Shown: positions 8,560 to 22,110 of the stretch, piece after piece | Layout: every line of letters starts with the position of its first letter | How positions within the stretch are numbered: position 1 is the stretch's first letter | Assembly: GCF_030144855.1 (NCBI RefSeq) | Contig: NC_082731.1 | Location: 21,204,001 to 21,268,000, forward strand | Length of the DNA stretch: 64,000 bases | Reading direction: 5' to 3' | DNA from: Hypanus sabinus | Taxonomy: Eukaryota | Translations under genes and position numbers: made by a program | The notes under the pieces: generated by a model | Told to the model about the DNA's origin: nothing | Database searches by the model: none | What the model saw: the letters and a program-made list of their open reading frames with translations, nothing else

Positions 8560-11500
8560 ACCATTTTACCAGAGCAGTGACACAGAACAACGCTGCGCAA
8601 GTTTAGGGAGGACAGCCACTGGCCCAAACAATCCAGTGAGATTGAGGCTCTCTCTCACCCCTTTGTGTGGATGTAGTGTAATTTGTTGATCTGTTACAAA
8701 TAGTTAAAATCATGTAGCAGAAAGCACACTGCATACCAATAAAGGAATGGTATATATGAATGTCTGCATAAGTAAGGGGTTTGTAAAGAAGAGCAAAAAA
8801 AAAAAAATTGGAAAGGGTCCATTCTAATTAAGCAACTAAACATGCACAAGTTTAAGTTCATCTTGATCTTCTCTAAACTCAGGAGCTGGAACTTCTTTAG
8901 TGTGTAACCCCCACACTACTTTCTGAACGCTCTCGCAATCCATCTCGAACAAATAGGCATAGGCCCGGATTGTATGCTCCGACCGGCATACAATCTCCAG
9001 CGTCTTCTCGCTTCATCTCAAGCCGCAAACAGGCAATAATAACACCATCCTTATTGTCCATCACCAAGAACTCCTCCCCCTTATCGGATAGCACAGAATC
9101 CACTTCATCCATTATCTGAAACAGGAACCCAAACAAGCTGCTCATACATAACTTCCAAAATGAAACACCTACACCATAACAGTAAGCGTATAACCCAGGT
9201 CATTACACTCTCTCCCACCTGAAATAGTCATGTTCTCATTACTGTTATTAATAACTCAGTTTTCAGACCCAGGAGCAGGAACTTTTTCTGACTCTTTGTC
9301 CCTGTCCAGCCATTTTTAAGCACGTTGGAACAAAGCATGAGCATCAATGTCGCTACTTTCTGGCCAGTACTTCAGTCTGAAATCACAGGCAGATAACGCT
9401 GTTAATCTCCTATGGCCTATACTATCCATTTTAACCGAGTTCTATATATTAGTTAGGGGATTTTCGTGCGTCCTCGCCTCACACTCAGCACGATAGAGTT
9501 AGTCACAACATCAATCGCGTCCATTTGAATACCAGGAATTACAACTTGTTCAGGTGTGCATGTGTCCTGCTGAAAATACAACAGGTCTGAACTCTATACT
9601 GTGATCCTGATACAGGACAGCACCTAAGATCTCTCTGTTGGCATCAGTATGCAATACATACAGCATAGTCACTTTCACGTTCCGCCAAGCTGGATGGAAA
9701 CGCTATGAGAAATTCGAGATACACTAATACCTCGGATAAGGTCATATCCCACAGCTTTTTCTCCATAATACGGTGTATGTTCGCAGGGGTTCCGATACTC
9801 AACGCGGCATGCTTTCGAATTGGAGAAACCCCTGCTAATAGCCACGCCTCAAGTCTCGCACACTGAAACACCTCGCACCACTCAGAAAGGACGGCGCTTC
9901 TTCGATCCGTACAATGGTCGGGGTCGTTACGCCTCTTCAGACTCCTGTAGTTCACACACATCCACACCTTCCTAGACGTCTTCCTGACCAGGCTTGGGGA
10001 CATCTGGAGTCAGTGATTATCCCAGATTCATCAGCTTCCAGAAATCTGCATATGACAGGTGCCGCGTCCTTTCTCTGATAGGGGTTTCCACTGCTGCTCG
10101 GATGCTGTGGCCTCTGCTCTTGGAACAGCCCACATCAATCTCGACGCTAGAAAAGACATCTTCCAGTTTCAACATATTCTCTATCAGTTCCCTCCTCTAA
10201 TCTCCAGGAACGGGTGGTCCTCAAAGCTGATTGACAAGGCAGTCACATTTCCACTTTTCGGAGATCGTTTCACATGGACAATAGGCATCGCCGTCAACGA
10301 GAATAGATGCACCATTGGTACATCCATGTACCCCGACTGCGGTTGACTTCCCGCTCCTAAGTTTTCCTGACACGTACCTCTATCATAATCACCGGTACAG
10401 TTAGGGGCTTCTGCAGTTCCTCCTCAGCTGTAACTAATTAAGTTAGCCTGACTCATGTTAGTGGCAGTCTGGAGCATCCATGAACAGGGAGGGCCTCGAC
10501 ATTCCGGAAGGTTAGTGTTCTCTATCATTCTCAGTACTTCCCAAGTTATATCCCGACTGGTTGTCACTGGTTCAATCACACAATTCCTCTTTTCTGCTCA
10601 TTGTCCAGCGCTGTGCCGCCACGCAATTCTTTGAAACCTGTTCAGAACACAGCGAGAAAGTAGACTGTTTTCAGAAAGTTTCAGGTTCATTGCAGACTCC
10701 CAGCAGCATCCTCACAATTGGGTTACTGATTCCAATTAGAATTGAGGCTTCGTGGCTCTCGACCAGGTCCGAACAAACCCTCACTCATCATGGGCCTCTG
10801 CTGCTGCCACATCTGCCTCGTTAAAGTCCAGATTCAGTGACACGTATCCATCGTAGTATAGTCATCCGTACTAAGAAACCAGATCACGAGTACGCTGAAT
10901 GGAGTTAAGAGCAAATGCGTCAAATACTGGCTGTATAACGGACTGTAGAGCAGAGAACCTGAGTGGCTGTCAAGTATGGCTACAGCACAATTACCCTTAA
11001 TCCGTAGCAAAACACTGGTTCCTGGCCCTACTAATACTTCAGGAATATAGTTTTTGTTTTAGGATTATCCTTGATATGTTGCTAAGAATATTATCCACTT
11101 GACATGCCAGACCGTTTCTTCACTGGGTCTCTGCGTTTAGGTAACTGGGGGCTCACACTCCGTGTCGTTTCCCATTGTTTACACACCGGCTTGAAGTGTT
11201 TCTCTTCACACAGTTATAACAGATAATACCGGCCGGCGTATTGCAGTCCTCTGCGTATTCCGACCCTTTACGGGATTCACCTCCCTATCACTTCTATAGT
11301 ACGATGGAGGGGGCGTGGTGAGTGCTGCTGTGGGCTTCTGTGTGTGAGCGCACTCGCTGATATCCACCGGGATATCCCAATCCTACACTCTGGCAGGAGC
11401 TCCTTTCCCACTCCCCGGATTGTTTATTAATTGTCACTTCAGCTAAGGGGACCACAACCATGGTTTGCAATCTGCAGATTGTGGCTCCCCGCACCTCCAT

Positions 11501-12800
11501 CACATTTTCGTCCTCAATTATGACTCTAATCAGCTCGACCAGCGAGAGAGAGTTCACGTGTTAAGAGACATTCGATTACCCCAAGCTATCAGGACCCCCG
11601 ATTGGATGCACTTAGCCAGTTGGTCCATTCTTCAGTGAGTCACTTCAGCCGTTCGAATGGCTTCTCTATTGCACAACCAATTTAGCTGCTTCTCTCGCCG
11701 AGCCATGTGGGCAGATCGCCTGAAACATCTATTAAGCTACGTCATGAGCTGTATTGGGTTTCTGTCGCGCTCAAAAGTTTTCTCGCGTTTGCATGTAGGC
11801 CATAGTCTTAGCAATGAGGTTCTTTGTCTTCATGACTCTCACTACATCAGCAGCAACACCTCTAAAACGTGCTATCAATCGCTACCCCTTCACGTCATCA
11901 GAACACTGCCGCTCATCTGACATCAGAGAGCACGACTCCGTCCATTTCGCATACTTCTCCCCCACCCCTGTGGAGTGGGACACCCGTTAGACATTTCAAA
12001 TCAGACAACTCCTTTATTTCGCACCACAGAAAGGAGAACCTGTCTTGAAGTCTCCGCCGCAATCTAAGGCAGACTTGGTATGCGGTTCTGCCCGCCCTTC
12101 TACACAGTTCTCTTCTCTAAAAGTATCGACAGCCCACGCTTCAACCACCCCCCACTCCGTTTTACCGGGTCCCCTATAGTAACATATTTTCAACAGCCAA
12201 AACGTCAGCACTTCTAAGAACCAAAACAAAATATTTGCCCGCCAATTATTAAAACGGCTGTGCCGTAGTCCTAACTGTTCCAACGACTTTATCAGTACCT
12301 TCAGCTCCGATTAGCAATTCGTCAGGAAATCTAATACGAATACACTCCATACACAGGCATTCATTACCAGTGACCCCGTCGATTCGCACCACTGCTCAAA
12401 CCCTGAGGTATCCATAACGACATCCCGTCATCCAGTTTATCAGACAATACTTCTACACAGACTTGAACACACAGCCCACTGGATGAAGGCTAAGGGCAAT
12501 CACACAGCATCAAACGAAATTGATAGGGGATGATGACCCACAGTAAAACGCATTATTTTTCTTGGCTACGTAAGTCTATGGAAGACCACCTCAAACCGGG
12601 CTAAACGAGCGAGTTTGAAGCGCTCTATCACAGCAAACACACAGCTTGTATTAATGTTGTGTAATTTGTTACGCAGTCAAAAACGAAGTAACAGACAGTA
12701 TACCATTAAAGGAATGATACTTATGAAACTTTACTAAAGTATTAGTATGTAAAGAATAACAAAAAAGAATAAGGTCCATTCTAATTACACAGTCAAATGA
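8560..12800 (-). mobile_element. Degenerate Ty3/Gypsy LTR retrotransposon with PNMA-like gag
   Basis: Minus-strand remnants: gag (GVAADVVRVMKTKN ~11800), CYNC zinc knuckle ~11215, protease (AILDS ~10980), RT (VRK..KVWMCVNYRSL, EVLVYLE ~9700-10000), integrase-side fragments ~8900-9150. Related LTR-like AT-rich blocks at ~8670-8870 and ~12660-12800. Confidence 0.9.
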
Positions 12801-13528
12801 CAATGGACAAAAGACAATAGGTGCAGAAGTAGAACATTCGGCCCCTCGAGTCTGCACCGCCATTCTGAGATCATGGCTGAACATTCACTATCAATACCCA
12901 GTCCCTGCCTTGTCACCATATCCCTTGATTCCCCTATCAATCAGATATCTCTCTAGCTCCTTCTTGAAAGCATCCAGAGAATTGGCCTCCACCGTCTTCC
13001 GAGGCAGTGCATTCCACACCTCCACAACTCTCTGGGAGAAGAAGCTCTTCCTTAACTCTGTTTTAAATAACAGACCTCTTATTCTCAATCCATGCCCTCT
13101 GGTACTGGACTCTCCCAACATTTGGAACATTTTTCCTGCCTCAATCCTATCAAATCCTTTAATTATCTTAAACGTTTCAATCAGATCCTCTCTCAGTCCC
13201 CTCAATTACAGCGTGTACAAGCCCAATCTCTCCAGTCTCTCTGCCTAAGACAGCCCTGCCATCCCAAGAATCAACCTAGTGAATCTACGCTGCACTTCCT
13301 CAATTGCCAGAATGTCCTTCCTTAAACATGGAGACCAAAACTGTCCACAATGTTCCAGCTGTGGTCTCACCAGGGCCCTGTACAAATGCAAAAGGACATC
13401 TTGCACTTGTACTCAATTCCCCTTGTAATAAAGGCCAACATTCAATTTGCCCTCTTCACTGCCTGTTGCACTTGCTCATTCACCTTCGTTGACTGATGAA
13501 CTAGGACTCCTAGGTCTCTTTGCATTTC
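12801..13528 (-). mobile_element. 5'-truncated CR1 LINE 3' end, inserted only in copy 1
   Basis: ORF 12891-13205 (DLIETFKIIKGFD..TRGHGLRI..FFSQRVVEVWNALP) is the CR1 RT C-terminus. The empty site is intact at ~45260 (CAGTCAAATG|TTGGCAAG). Confidence 0.95.
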
Positions 13529-14413
13529 AATGTTGGCAAGTTGGAGCTCATCTTGTACTACTCTGTCATTCACGTGCTGTCCCCTGTCAGCGTGAACGCC
13601 CACTCCACCTTCCAACCGCTGCTCGTAATCCATTTCGAACAAATTGTCCCACATCGAGAAAACCTCCCACTAAATAGATGCCACATCATTCCTAATCTTC
13701 AACAGTATCCCAAACAAGCTGCTATGATAGAAATGTCAACTTGAAGTAAATGCAGCATAACAGTAAAAATATGAATCAGAGCACTACCCTTGTATCACAC
13801 AAAAGGGCGGTCTTAAACGATAAATTTTGCTCCATTTTGTAAAAAAAAAAACTGCCATTCATGATCTACATCGATGTGGCATTAATAAGACTTCCACTTA
13901 CGATGTCGCAAACACCTTATTGTATTTTTTCATATTCCCTGCAATACGATATTGTTGATGGCAGTTTTGCTGCAAAGCTGTTACACTGCCAAACACATAC
14001 GAGATTAGAGAAACTGCATCAATGCATTTGTGTCAAACGTTAGTTTCAATGTCACAATAACTACCACAGCAGAGGTAACCCTTTCGAATCTGATCCATTG
14101 GCACTAATATATAATTGGTTCACCGACGCAAATCTGCAAGTGTGGACCAAGTGAATGCTTCATTTTAATATTCACTTTATTTGACGAACTTTCGTTTTCG
14201 TAATTAGTAGCATCACAGTTAGGCAAAATTCAATTATATTGTCTCAAATAACCAGCTCTGAAGATATAGCTAAGCGGACCGTATGTAATCTTCTCATCTC
14301 TTTCACAGAGCAGAAGGCGACGCGCATTGAACCCCACTCAATCGATAATGTGTTAATAACTTACTGAAGGTAAACTACATGATGTAATATAATTCAGCCG
14401 GTTAATAGACACC

Positions 14414-14870
14414 GTGCGATCTGCTTCTCACTGATTATACCGGCCTTGCTACTAGGTGAGATTCTGCGAAACCTTTCAGTGGGTTGAAATGGATTGAATT
14501 CAACACCGGTCTGTACACATATTTTCATTTATCCTTGGAGCTACTGCAAAAGATTCAGTTACACAGGATCCTCTTGAATTAACAACTGAAGAAGGAGAGA
14601 TCGTAATTCTGAACTGCAGTTATTAACAGCCCAGACTTATTTTTGATACATTCAGTGTCAACATGGAGGGCCACATTTATTTCTGAAGTTAATGAACAGG
14701 ACGATGGATTGGTCGCCGAAATATCTGTTTACGTTTAAGGGTGTATTACAGAAAGACAGCCAGGACGCTCAATTAACTCTCTCGGGGGCTCTTGCTTAGG
14801 ACTACGTCATGTATGTCTGGGGCATGAAGCTCACAGAGTTGAACGAAGATGACGGGTCCGGTCAAAGTAC
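14414..14870 (+). pseudogene. V pseudogene V3
   Basis: Leader lacks ATG (compare 46125); donor at 14456; splice acceptor AG lost; TAA 14624-14626; W41 codon is TGA; C104 codon is TGG. RSS CACAGAG 14832-14838 / 23 / TCAAAGTAC 14862-14870. Confidence 0.93.
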
Positions 14871-15288
14871 TGCCCTGAGTAATGTTTTCAAGACTCAACA
14901 GAGGACGTACTTAGCTTTAAAAAAGACCGTTGGCGCACAAGAAACAGGTCCAAAAAAAGGATGGAAGTCACGAACAACACTGTTCCCTGATGTTTGCACC
15001 TGGTGCGAGAGCCGTATCAAGGTAGTCATGAATAGGAAAAGAGTAAAATAGATTGNNNNNNNNNNNNNNNNNNNNNNNNNNNNNNNNNNNNNNNNNNNNN
15101 NNNNNNNNNNNNNNNNNNNNNNNNNNNNNNNNNNNNNNNNNNNNNNNNNNNNNNNNNNNNNNNNNNNNNNNNNNNNNNNNNNNNNNNNNNNNNNNNNNNN
15201 NNNNNNNNNNNNNNNNNNNNNNNNNNNNNNNNNNNAACAGGAGAGACTGAGAAATAAAAATATACTTAAGAGAACGAAACCCATTCCG

Positions 15289-15349
15289 ATTGGTGCAAGC
15301 AGGGTAACACCCTCAACTCTTTAACAGAGCCGAAGGCGCAGCTTATTGG
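15289..15349 (+). promoter_or_regulatory. Putative V4 promoter, two inverted CCAAT boxes
   Basis: ATTGG at 15289-15293 and 15345-15349. Confidence 0.5.
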
Positions 15350-15409
15350 ATCAGCTCTTCAATGTTGGTCATGCTTGATCGAAACACATTCAGCTTGATG
15401 TTTGACAAC

Positions 15410-15830
15410 ATGCGTGGTTATTGTTTCTTTATGATTTTATTGGCCCTGTTGTCAGGTGAGTTTCTGTAAAACAATTGATCGTGTTATTTGAGCTGAGTTT
15501 AACAAAGGTATTTTTTTCATTTTTTATTGCAGGGACGATTGCAAAAGATTCCGTTACACAGGAGCCTTCTGAACTAAGCATTCAAGAAGGAGAGGCCATA
15601 TTACTGAACTGTAATTACTCAGGAGCATATAATTATATATTTTGGTACATTCAGCATCAAAACAGAGGTCTACAATTCTTGCTGAAGCTAATTAACACAA
15701 AGATGGATCGGTCTCCAGAAATTCCGCAGAGGATTACCGGTACTTTACAGAAAGACAGCCAGGTGTCTCAGTTAATTATATCTGGAAGTATTGTTTCGGA
15801 CTCCGCCTTGTATCTCTGTGCCATGCAGCC
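15410..15830 (+). CDS. TRAV/TRDV: TCR alpha/delta-type V segment V4, structurally intact
   Basis: Leader 15410-15455 (MRGYCFFMILLALLS), intron 15456-15532, V exon 15533-15830: DSVTQ..EGEAILLNCNYS..FWYIQ..DSALYLCAMQ. Confidence 0.95.
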
Positions 15831-15869
15831 CACACTGTTGCACGGAGATGATAGATCCGAACAAAAACC
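15831..15869 (+). other. 23-RSS of V4
   Basis: CACACTG 15831-15837, 23-bp spacer, ACAAAAACC 15861-15869. Confidence 0.95.
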
Positions 15870-16101
15870 CCGTTTGAGTGATGTTGAGAACACTCAATAG
15901 AGGGCGCACTTAATGGGGAAACATAAAGGACACGCATTGCAAACAATGATGGACGCTTCGCTCGGTAAACCGTGTGAAAAACAAAAACAGCCCTGTATCC
16001 TGCTGCGCTTGGCGGTCAGGAAAGCCGTTTCTAGATAGTCATGCATAGGGAATGATCGAAATGGAGTGACGAAAGAGAGAGTTGGAGAGAGATAGAGCGA
16101 A

Positions 16102-16800
16102 GGATTGTTAAGAGCACCAAATTTCTTGGTGTTCACTTGGCGAGGAATCTCTCCTAGTCTCTCAACACCAGCTCCATAGCAAAAAAAAAAAAAAAACGAC
16201 CAGCAGCGTCTCGACTTTCTGCGAAGACTGAGGAAAGTCCATCTCAAACCACTACACACCACCATCCTCAACACATTCGACAGGGCTTGTATTGAGATCA
16301 TCCTGAGCAGCTGCATCACTGCCTGACTCGGAAATTGCATCATCTCAGATTTCAATACCCTGCACTGGATAGTGAGGTAAGCTGAGAATATCATCGGGGT
16401 ACCTCTTCCCACCATCACGGACGTTTACACTACACGCTGCATCCGCCAAGCAAACAATATTATGAATGACCCGACGTACACCTCATACAATCTCTTCTCC
16501 CTCCTGCCGTCTGTGTAAAGGCACAAGCACTCGGGCTCTCACGACCAGGGTATGTGACAGTTTCTTCCCCAACGATATCAGACTGCTCAGTAACCAGAGC
16601 CTGGACTGACGCCATACTGCCAAATTGTCCTGTTTATTATTTATTTGTAATGCCTGCACCGTTTCCTGCACTTTATGCAGTCCTGGGTAGGTCTGTAGTC
16701 TAGTGTAGTTGTTGTGTGTGTGTGTGTGTGTTTTCCCTCTGTGTTACTTTTTACGTAGTTCAGTCTAATTTAACACCATGGTCCTGAAAAACGTCTGATT
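16102..16800 (+). mobile_element. Rex1/Babar-type LINE 3' fragment
   Basis: STKFLGVHL..QQRLDFLRRLRK..IEIILSSCITA-type RT C-terminal remnants, inserted in the GA tract after V4. Also at 47940-48295, so it predates the large duplication. Confidence 0.8.
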
Positions 16801-17564
16801 TTTACAATGTACTGTACTAACAGTTATGGTGGAAATGACAATAACAGTGNNNNNNNNNNNNNNNNNNNNNNNNNNNNNNNNNNNNNNNNNNNNNNNNNNN
16901 NNNNNNNNNNNNNNNNNNNNNNNNNNNNNNNNNNNNNNNNNNNNNNNNNNNNNNNNNNNNNNNNNNNNNNNNNNNNNATATGCAAGGGTGCCGCCAGTTT
17001 TAGCTGATTCACTTCGGAATGTCACCTGGCTTTCGGGGTTGCTTGATGCCAGATTTCACCTGTTTCCTTTATTCCTCCCTCTAATATTGTAAGCCTACTC
17101 TCGATGACGACGATTAAGCATAGTGACGCTCATCTGGAAAGAGTCCAATGTGGTGGCTTTAAACAGTTTTAGCAGCATTTGAGAACAACATGTACAAACA
17201 GGAACTTCCCAAGCAATGCATTTCCGAGACTAAATATCTCCTTTTCCTGCTGCCTAAAATGATATCGTGATTGACGGCATTGCGGAAATCGCAAGTAGAG
17301 GGAGCCAGACAAGAACGGAGAAAAAACACNNNNNNNNNNNNNNNNNNNNNNNNNNNNNNNNNNNNNNNNNNNNNNNNNNNNNNNNNNNNNNNNNNNNNNN
17401 NNNNNNNNNNNNNNNNNNNNNNNNNNNNNNNNNNNNNNNNNNNNNNNNNNNNNNNNNNNNNNNNNNNNNNNNNNNNNNNNNNNNNNNNNNNNNNNNTGGT
17501 CCTCTTCATTTGGCAATACTTGCAATAAAAACCGTCAAAAGTTGTCACAATGTCGGAGTGTGAC

Positions 17565-17596
17565 AACAGTGTTCCAGCCGGATGTGGACAAAAGCT
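17565..17596 (+). other. Orphan degenerate RSS, paralog of the psiD RSS
   Basis: AACAGTG 17565-17571, shortened 16-bp spacer, ACAAAAGCT 17588-17596; downstream flank homologous to 6229-6300. Confidence 0.45.
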
Positions 17597-18239
17597 CACT
17601 GTTTGTGTACCAACGCTTACGAAGGTGAAAGCCCACATTACCGCGAAATCCGAAGGATTATACAAACAAAATAGCGATGTTCACGTCGTGCAGCTAAAAG
17701 GAGGAATCTCAGGGACAGATATATGCTCAGGTATGTGGAATTTTAATTCAATTGAAGTTGTTCTTCCGTTTAACCGTTATGCACTGTTCGGGACATATTT
17801 GACCCTTTTTGACATTAGACTCCAGTAAAAGAACTCCAAATGCCACTTTTTAGCAGAAATTTGATGGCCATTCCTAAAGTGAGCCAAAATGCGCAAAGAT
17901 GAATACTTTTAAAAATATATACTTTTCTGCAGATGCTACACATTTTTTCTACATTGTGGCTGTTCCAGGTCAAATTTGACCAGTATCTACTGAAATGAAT
18001 GTTAGATCTCTGAAACATTAATTAACGTTTATTCATCCATTTATTAATATCAGACTATTTGTTAATGCTCGGCTATTTAAGCATTTTAAATAGATCTGTG
18101 GCTCAAAATGTGTTATAGGCACTTGTTACGGGGGGTCCAAATTGACTGGCTTCCTATCGGGGGAAGTCTTGTCCTCTCAGTCGGTTAACACCACGGAAAC
18201 TGGAATAACTGGACTGATGAGCCTCTGATCCTCCCGAAA

Positions 18240-20060
18240 AGCTTTAACATTTACAATAATGGGAGGGCATAGAATCTGAACGGGTTCCTTGGGTTAAAAC
18301 GTATTTAGTTGCGATATTGTTCCTGGAAAATGAAAATATTTTTTCTTCACAAATGCATAGTTGCAAATCGACTTTGGTCGATTTTGTGGATCTTCTTCTG
18401 GAGGTAACAATGAGATTGTAGTCATAGGTAATTATATGCAACACTCTGACTATCTGTGGCGCCAGCGCCTTTACGGTGCCGACAATTCTCTTCCTCTGAA
18501 CTTCAGCTGATTATTTTATTTTGTGGTGGTTTCAGTGTGATGTGAAACTGTGCCAATTTTTGTTCGAATATTGAAATTCCCTTTGTTTTGTTCGGCTTTG
18601 CTCACTCTTGAGCATGCTTGGGCCTACTCAGTCCTTGAGTGTCGTTCGAATACTAGCCAACCTTCACCCTGTACTAGAGTTGTACTAGAGAAAAGTTATT
18701 TCTTCAATTCGAACCTCAAATCTAGTTTCTACTGCACTTGGATCGACTTGGTCAAAACCTCCACTGCTGGGTAACTGTTCTAAATCTTGAATTTCACCAT
18801 ATCAAACTCGGCTCTGTGTAACTATGCGGACACACGTGATACGTACAGCCAGACTGACATATTCATGGACCCATTAGCGTTTGAGCATTTTTGATTAGTG
18901 TTGGCCAACCACTAAGTAGGCCACTGTATATGCTGTCCGTTTCTCTTCAACCAGTTCTCTATGTTTACCATTAATTACTCGAACCTAACGGCACTCGAAA
19001 GAATTAGTTCAACCCAAGGGAATGTTGATCACTTCTTATGCAGCGCTTACTGTATATTAAACTGAAACTAATCACGTTCTACTTCAAACTCTGCAAAGTG
19101 TCGCATATCGTCTCTCCCTTTTCTGACAAACCTCTCGTTACCTCATGGCACGTTTTGATACAAACTCTGACACATGAACAAACCTGCCACCCGTAAATCT
19201 GCAGATGGAGAGGGTGCTGGACCACCCTGTCCGCTGACTTGCTGCAGCCTACTGACTCTTCAAACTTTGCGCGGTACAAGTACACATCGCAATCGAATTC
19301 CGGTCCCTGCTGGTAGATATGTTTGAAACGCTGAAGCCCATATTGCCATATCCCTCTGCACGATATCAACTGAAACAAAAGATCAATTTCCCGGAGAGAG
19401 CTCGCAGATGATCTTGAAACCCTTATCGAAGCTCATATTCAAGTTAAGGAAAGTCTGCATGACAAGTCAAGAACGCAACGCAGTTTTTGTAACAGGGTAT
19501 AAGGTCTCTGAGGCTCTACCATTTCATCTCGCTCTGCTAGGTCACGCACACCTCTGCGTTAAATATGATGGGACACTTCTGTTATTGCACTCTTGGGATA
19601 TTTGGAAATATCAAAACTGGGTGAAGAAAGGGAGTTCTTTGACGTGCTCCACCATTTTTCTTAGATCTTCTACAACCGCAAGGTATGCATCTTCTGTTTG
19701 AACCTACTCGAGGAAAGCCTATCTTTGTTTGGGTATCCTACAATAATCCAGATCTTATTACGGATCGTAACGTAAAGGAAAGCTTTGGAGGCTGTGAACA
19801 TAATATAACTAAATCCATAATGTAATCTGAGGGGAAGAATCCATCGTTAACTGTACCAAACAGCAATGGAATAATTGGAATTATAGAGACATGTGAAAGG
19901 AGATTGCGTAGGTGGATTGCAGGAGGATACCGGCGGATATGGCGGCAGAAAAGAGATAGATCAAATTTCTTTGAATAGTTCACCATACTCTAGATGGTTT
20001 TGTCCAACAGAGGAAGAAATTTTCAAATGCAAGATATAGGCAGATATGGCTAACGAAGCA
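18240..20060 (-). mobile_element. Degenerate Ty3/Gypsy pol (RNase H-integrase)
   Basis: VNYSKKFD RNase H motif ~19960-19986 and integrase-like remnants; paralogous to 6830-8500. Confidence 0.65.
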
Positions 20061-20199
20061 CGTTAATGCCTCCAAAAAAGCTAAGAATTGGCATATAAGG
20101 TATCATACATGAGTGGGCGGTTAGATGGTAGGGAACCCTGTAAAATCCAACAAATGATAACCTACAATGGATCAGGAAAGGATTAACCAACAGGGAAGA

Positions 20200-22110
20200 A
20201 TTACCAATAATAGGAGTAAAGGGAAAGATATATTGTTTGTTTCGAATATATAATTAAGAAGGAGGTGATAGTTGATATTGGTCTACTGTAAAACGATGTT
20301 GGAGAGATAATAATAGGGGGCGGCAAAGGAATGGGACATAAAAGTAATGGATATTATGCCTCTGTCTTCACTGTAAGACATTAGCAGTGTGCCAGATGTT
20401 CGTGTGTGTACCGGTCAGGAGTACATTTCATTAATATTACAAAGGGGAAAAAAAAAGTGTTCGAGGCACTCTCAAAGTTATTAAGATGGATATATCGTCT
20501 TAAAGAGGGATTTTTCCACGTTACCACCTTTGAGAGTGCCTTGAACTCCCACGTCACATTGGTATAGCAATGACAATCATAGATCTAGACTACTTCCCAG
20601 GGTCCTGTAAGATCTTGCAGAACAGAGACCAGAAAAAATTGGTCATGATCTTTCAAGAACCAGTGGATTCTGGGAGTATCTCGGAGGTCTACATCATTGA
20701 AACTGTCACTGCACTCTATAAGAAGGGAAGGAGGCAAAAAAAAAGAATTTAAATGCCATTTAGTCTAACCTCAGAGGTTTCGATTGTGTGGGAGTCGACT
20801 ATGAAGAATGAGGTTTAGGGGTTCTTAAAAACTTTTGAAAAAATTGTCAAAGTCGTTACAGGTTTCTGTGAAAGTAAACCTTGTCAAGCAAACATGTTAA
20901 AGTATTTCGAGCAGCAGCAAGCAATATGAACAAACGGATGTCATTTACTTGGATTTTCAGAAAGCAATTTATAAAGTACTACACATGATTTTTCTTAACA
21001 AGATTAGGTCTTTTGCCTTACAAGAGAGATAGTACATGGATAGATGAAAGACTGACAGGCAGAAGTTAGCATGTAGGGATAAAGGAGATTTTTATGGTAA
21101 GGTGCTAGTGTCAAGTTGGGTTTCGTAGTGGTCAGTTTTGGGACAGCTACTACTCACGTTATTTGCCAATGATTTCGAAGATGGAACTGATAGCTTTGTG
21201 CAAAGTTTGCAGATGAAATTAAGATAGATATAAGTGTAGGTAGTGTTGAGGACACAAATCGTTAGCAGCCGAATTTAGGCAAATTGGAAGACTGGTCTAA
21301 AAGTGGCAAATGGAATTCAGTGTTGGGAAATGTATAAGAATGTAAAACGAACCGTAGGGCAGAATATTGTCTAAATGCGGAGACGGTTCAAATATCGAAG
21401 GTGCAGAGGGACTTCGGAGTCCCCGTGCAAGACCCCAAGACGGTTAAATTAAATGATGTTTTTGATAGAGAAGTTAAATCCAATTACAACTTTTCGTGTG
21501 AGGGTATAGAATATAAGAACAAGGAGATAATACTGAACCCTGATAATACATAGTTTAGAGAGGACTTGGAACTTGTCAAAGGTATTGTGTCACATATCTG
21601 AGAAAGGAAATGTTGTCGTTAGAGAAAGAATCTAGGGGAGGTTCACGATAATGATTCCGGAAATGAATGGATTAATATATGAGAAGCGTTTAGCCTCTGT
21701 CGCACAGTTTTCATTGGAATTTAGAAAAATGCTGAGGGATCTCTTTGCAACCTACAAAAAGAACAAGGAAGAGAGAATGTGGAGAAGATGCTTCCTAAGG
21801 TGTAGATAACAACGATTTGAGGGCATACCGTTAACACTGAGGGACATTTTTTATAGCATAGTTAAGGAGGAACTTTATTTGCGACAGAGTAGTGAATTTG
21901 GTGAATGTTCAACCACAGACTGCGGTAGTGACCGTCGGTTTCTATATGTAAGGCGGAAGTTGAAGGATTCCTACTGATCGTTCAGGGCATTAAACGATTT
22001 GACGAGAAGGTTGAGTGGTAACCCGGATCAGACATGATGGAATGGCGAAGCCGAATGGATAGTCTGAATGGCCTCATTATGCTCTTACGTGTTACGGCCT
22101 TATGGGATCG
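20200..22110 (+). mobile_element. Old degenerate CR1 LINE (RT to 3' tail)
   Basis: DFQKA(F) ~20950, FADE(TK) ~21205, LGVPVQD ~21415, CR1-like 3' tail ~22070. Confidence 0.85.

Noticed and set aside
13900-14150. Patchy similarity to V FR2/FR3 (e.g. TACACCGACGCAAATCT vs GACACCGCCGTATATCT in the 45830 copy)
   Set aside because: Spacing inconsistent and no RSS; cannot be distinguished from chance by eye.
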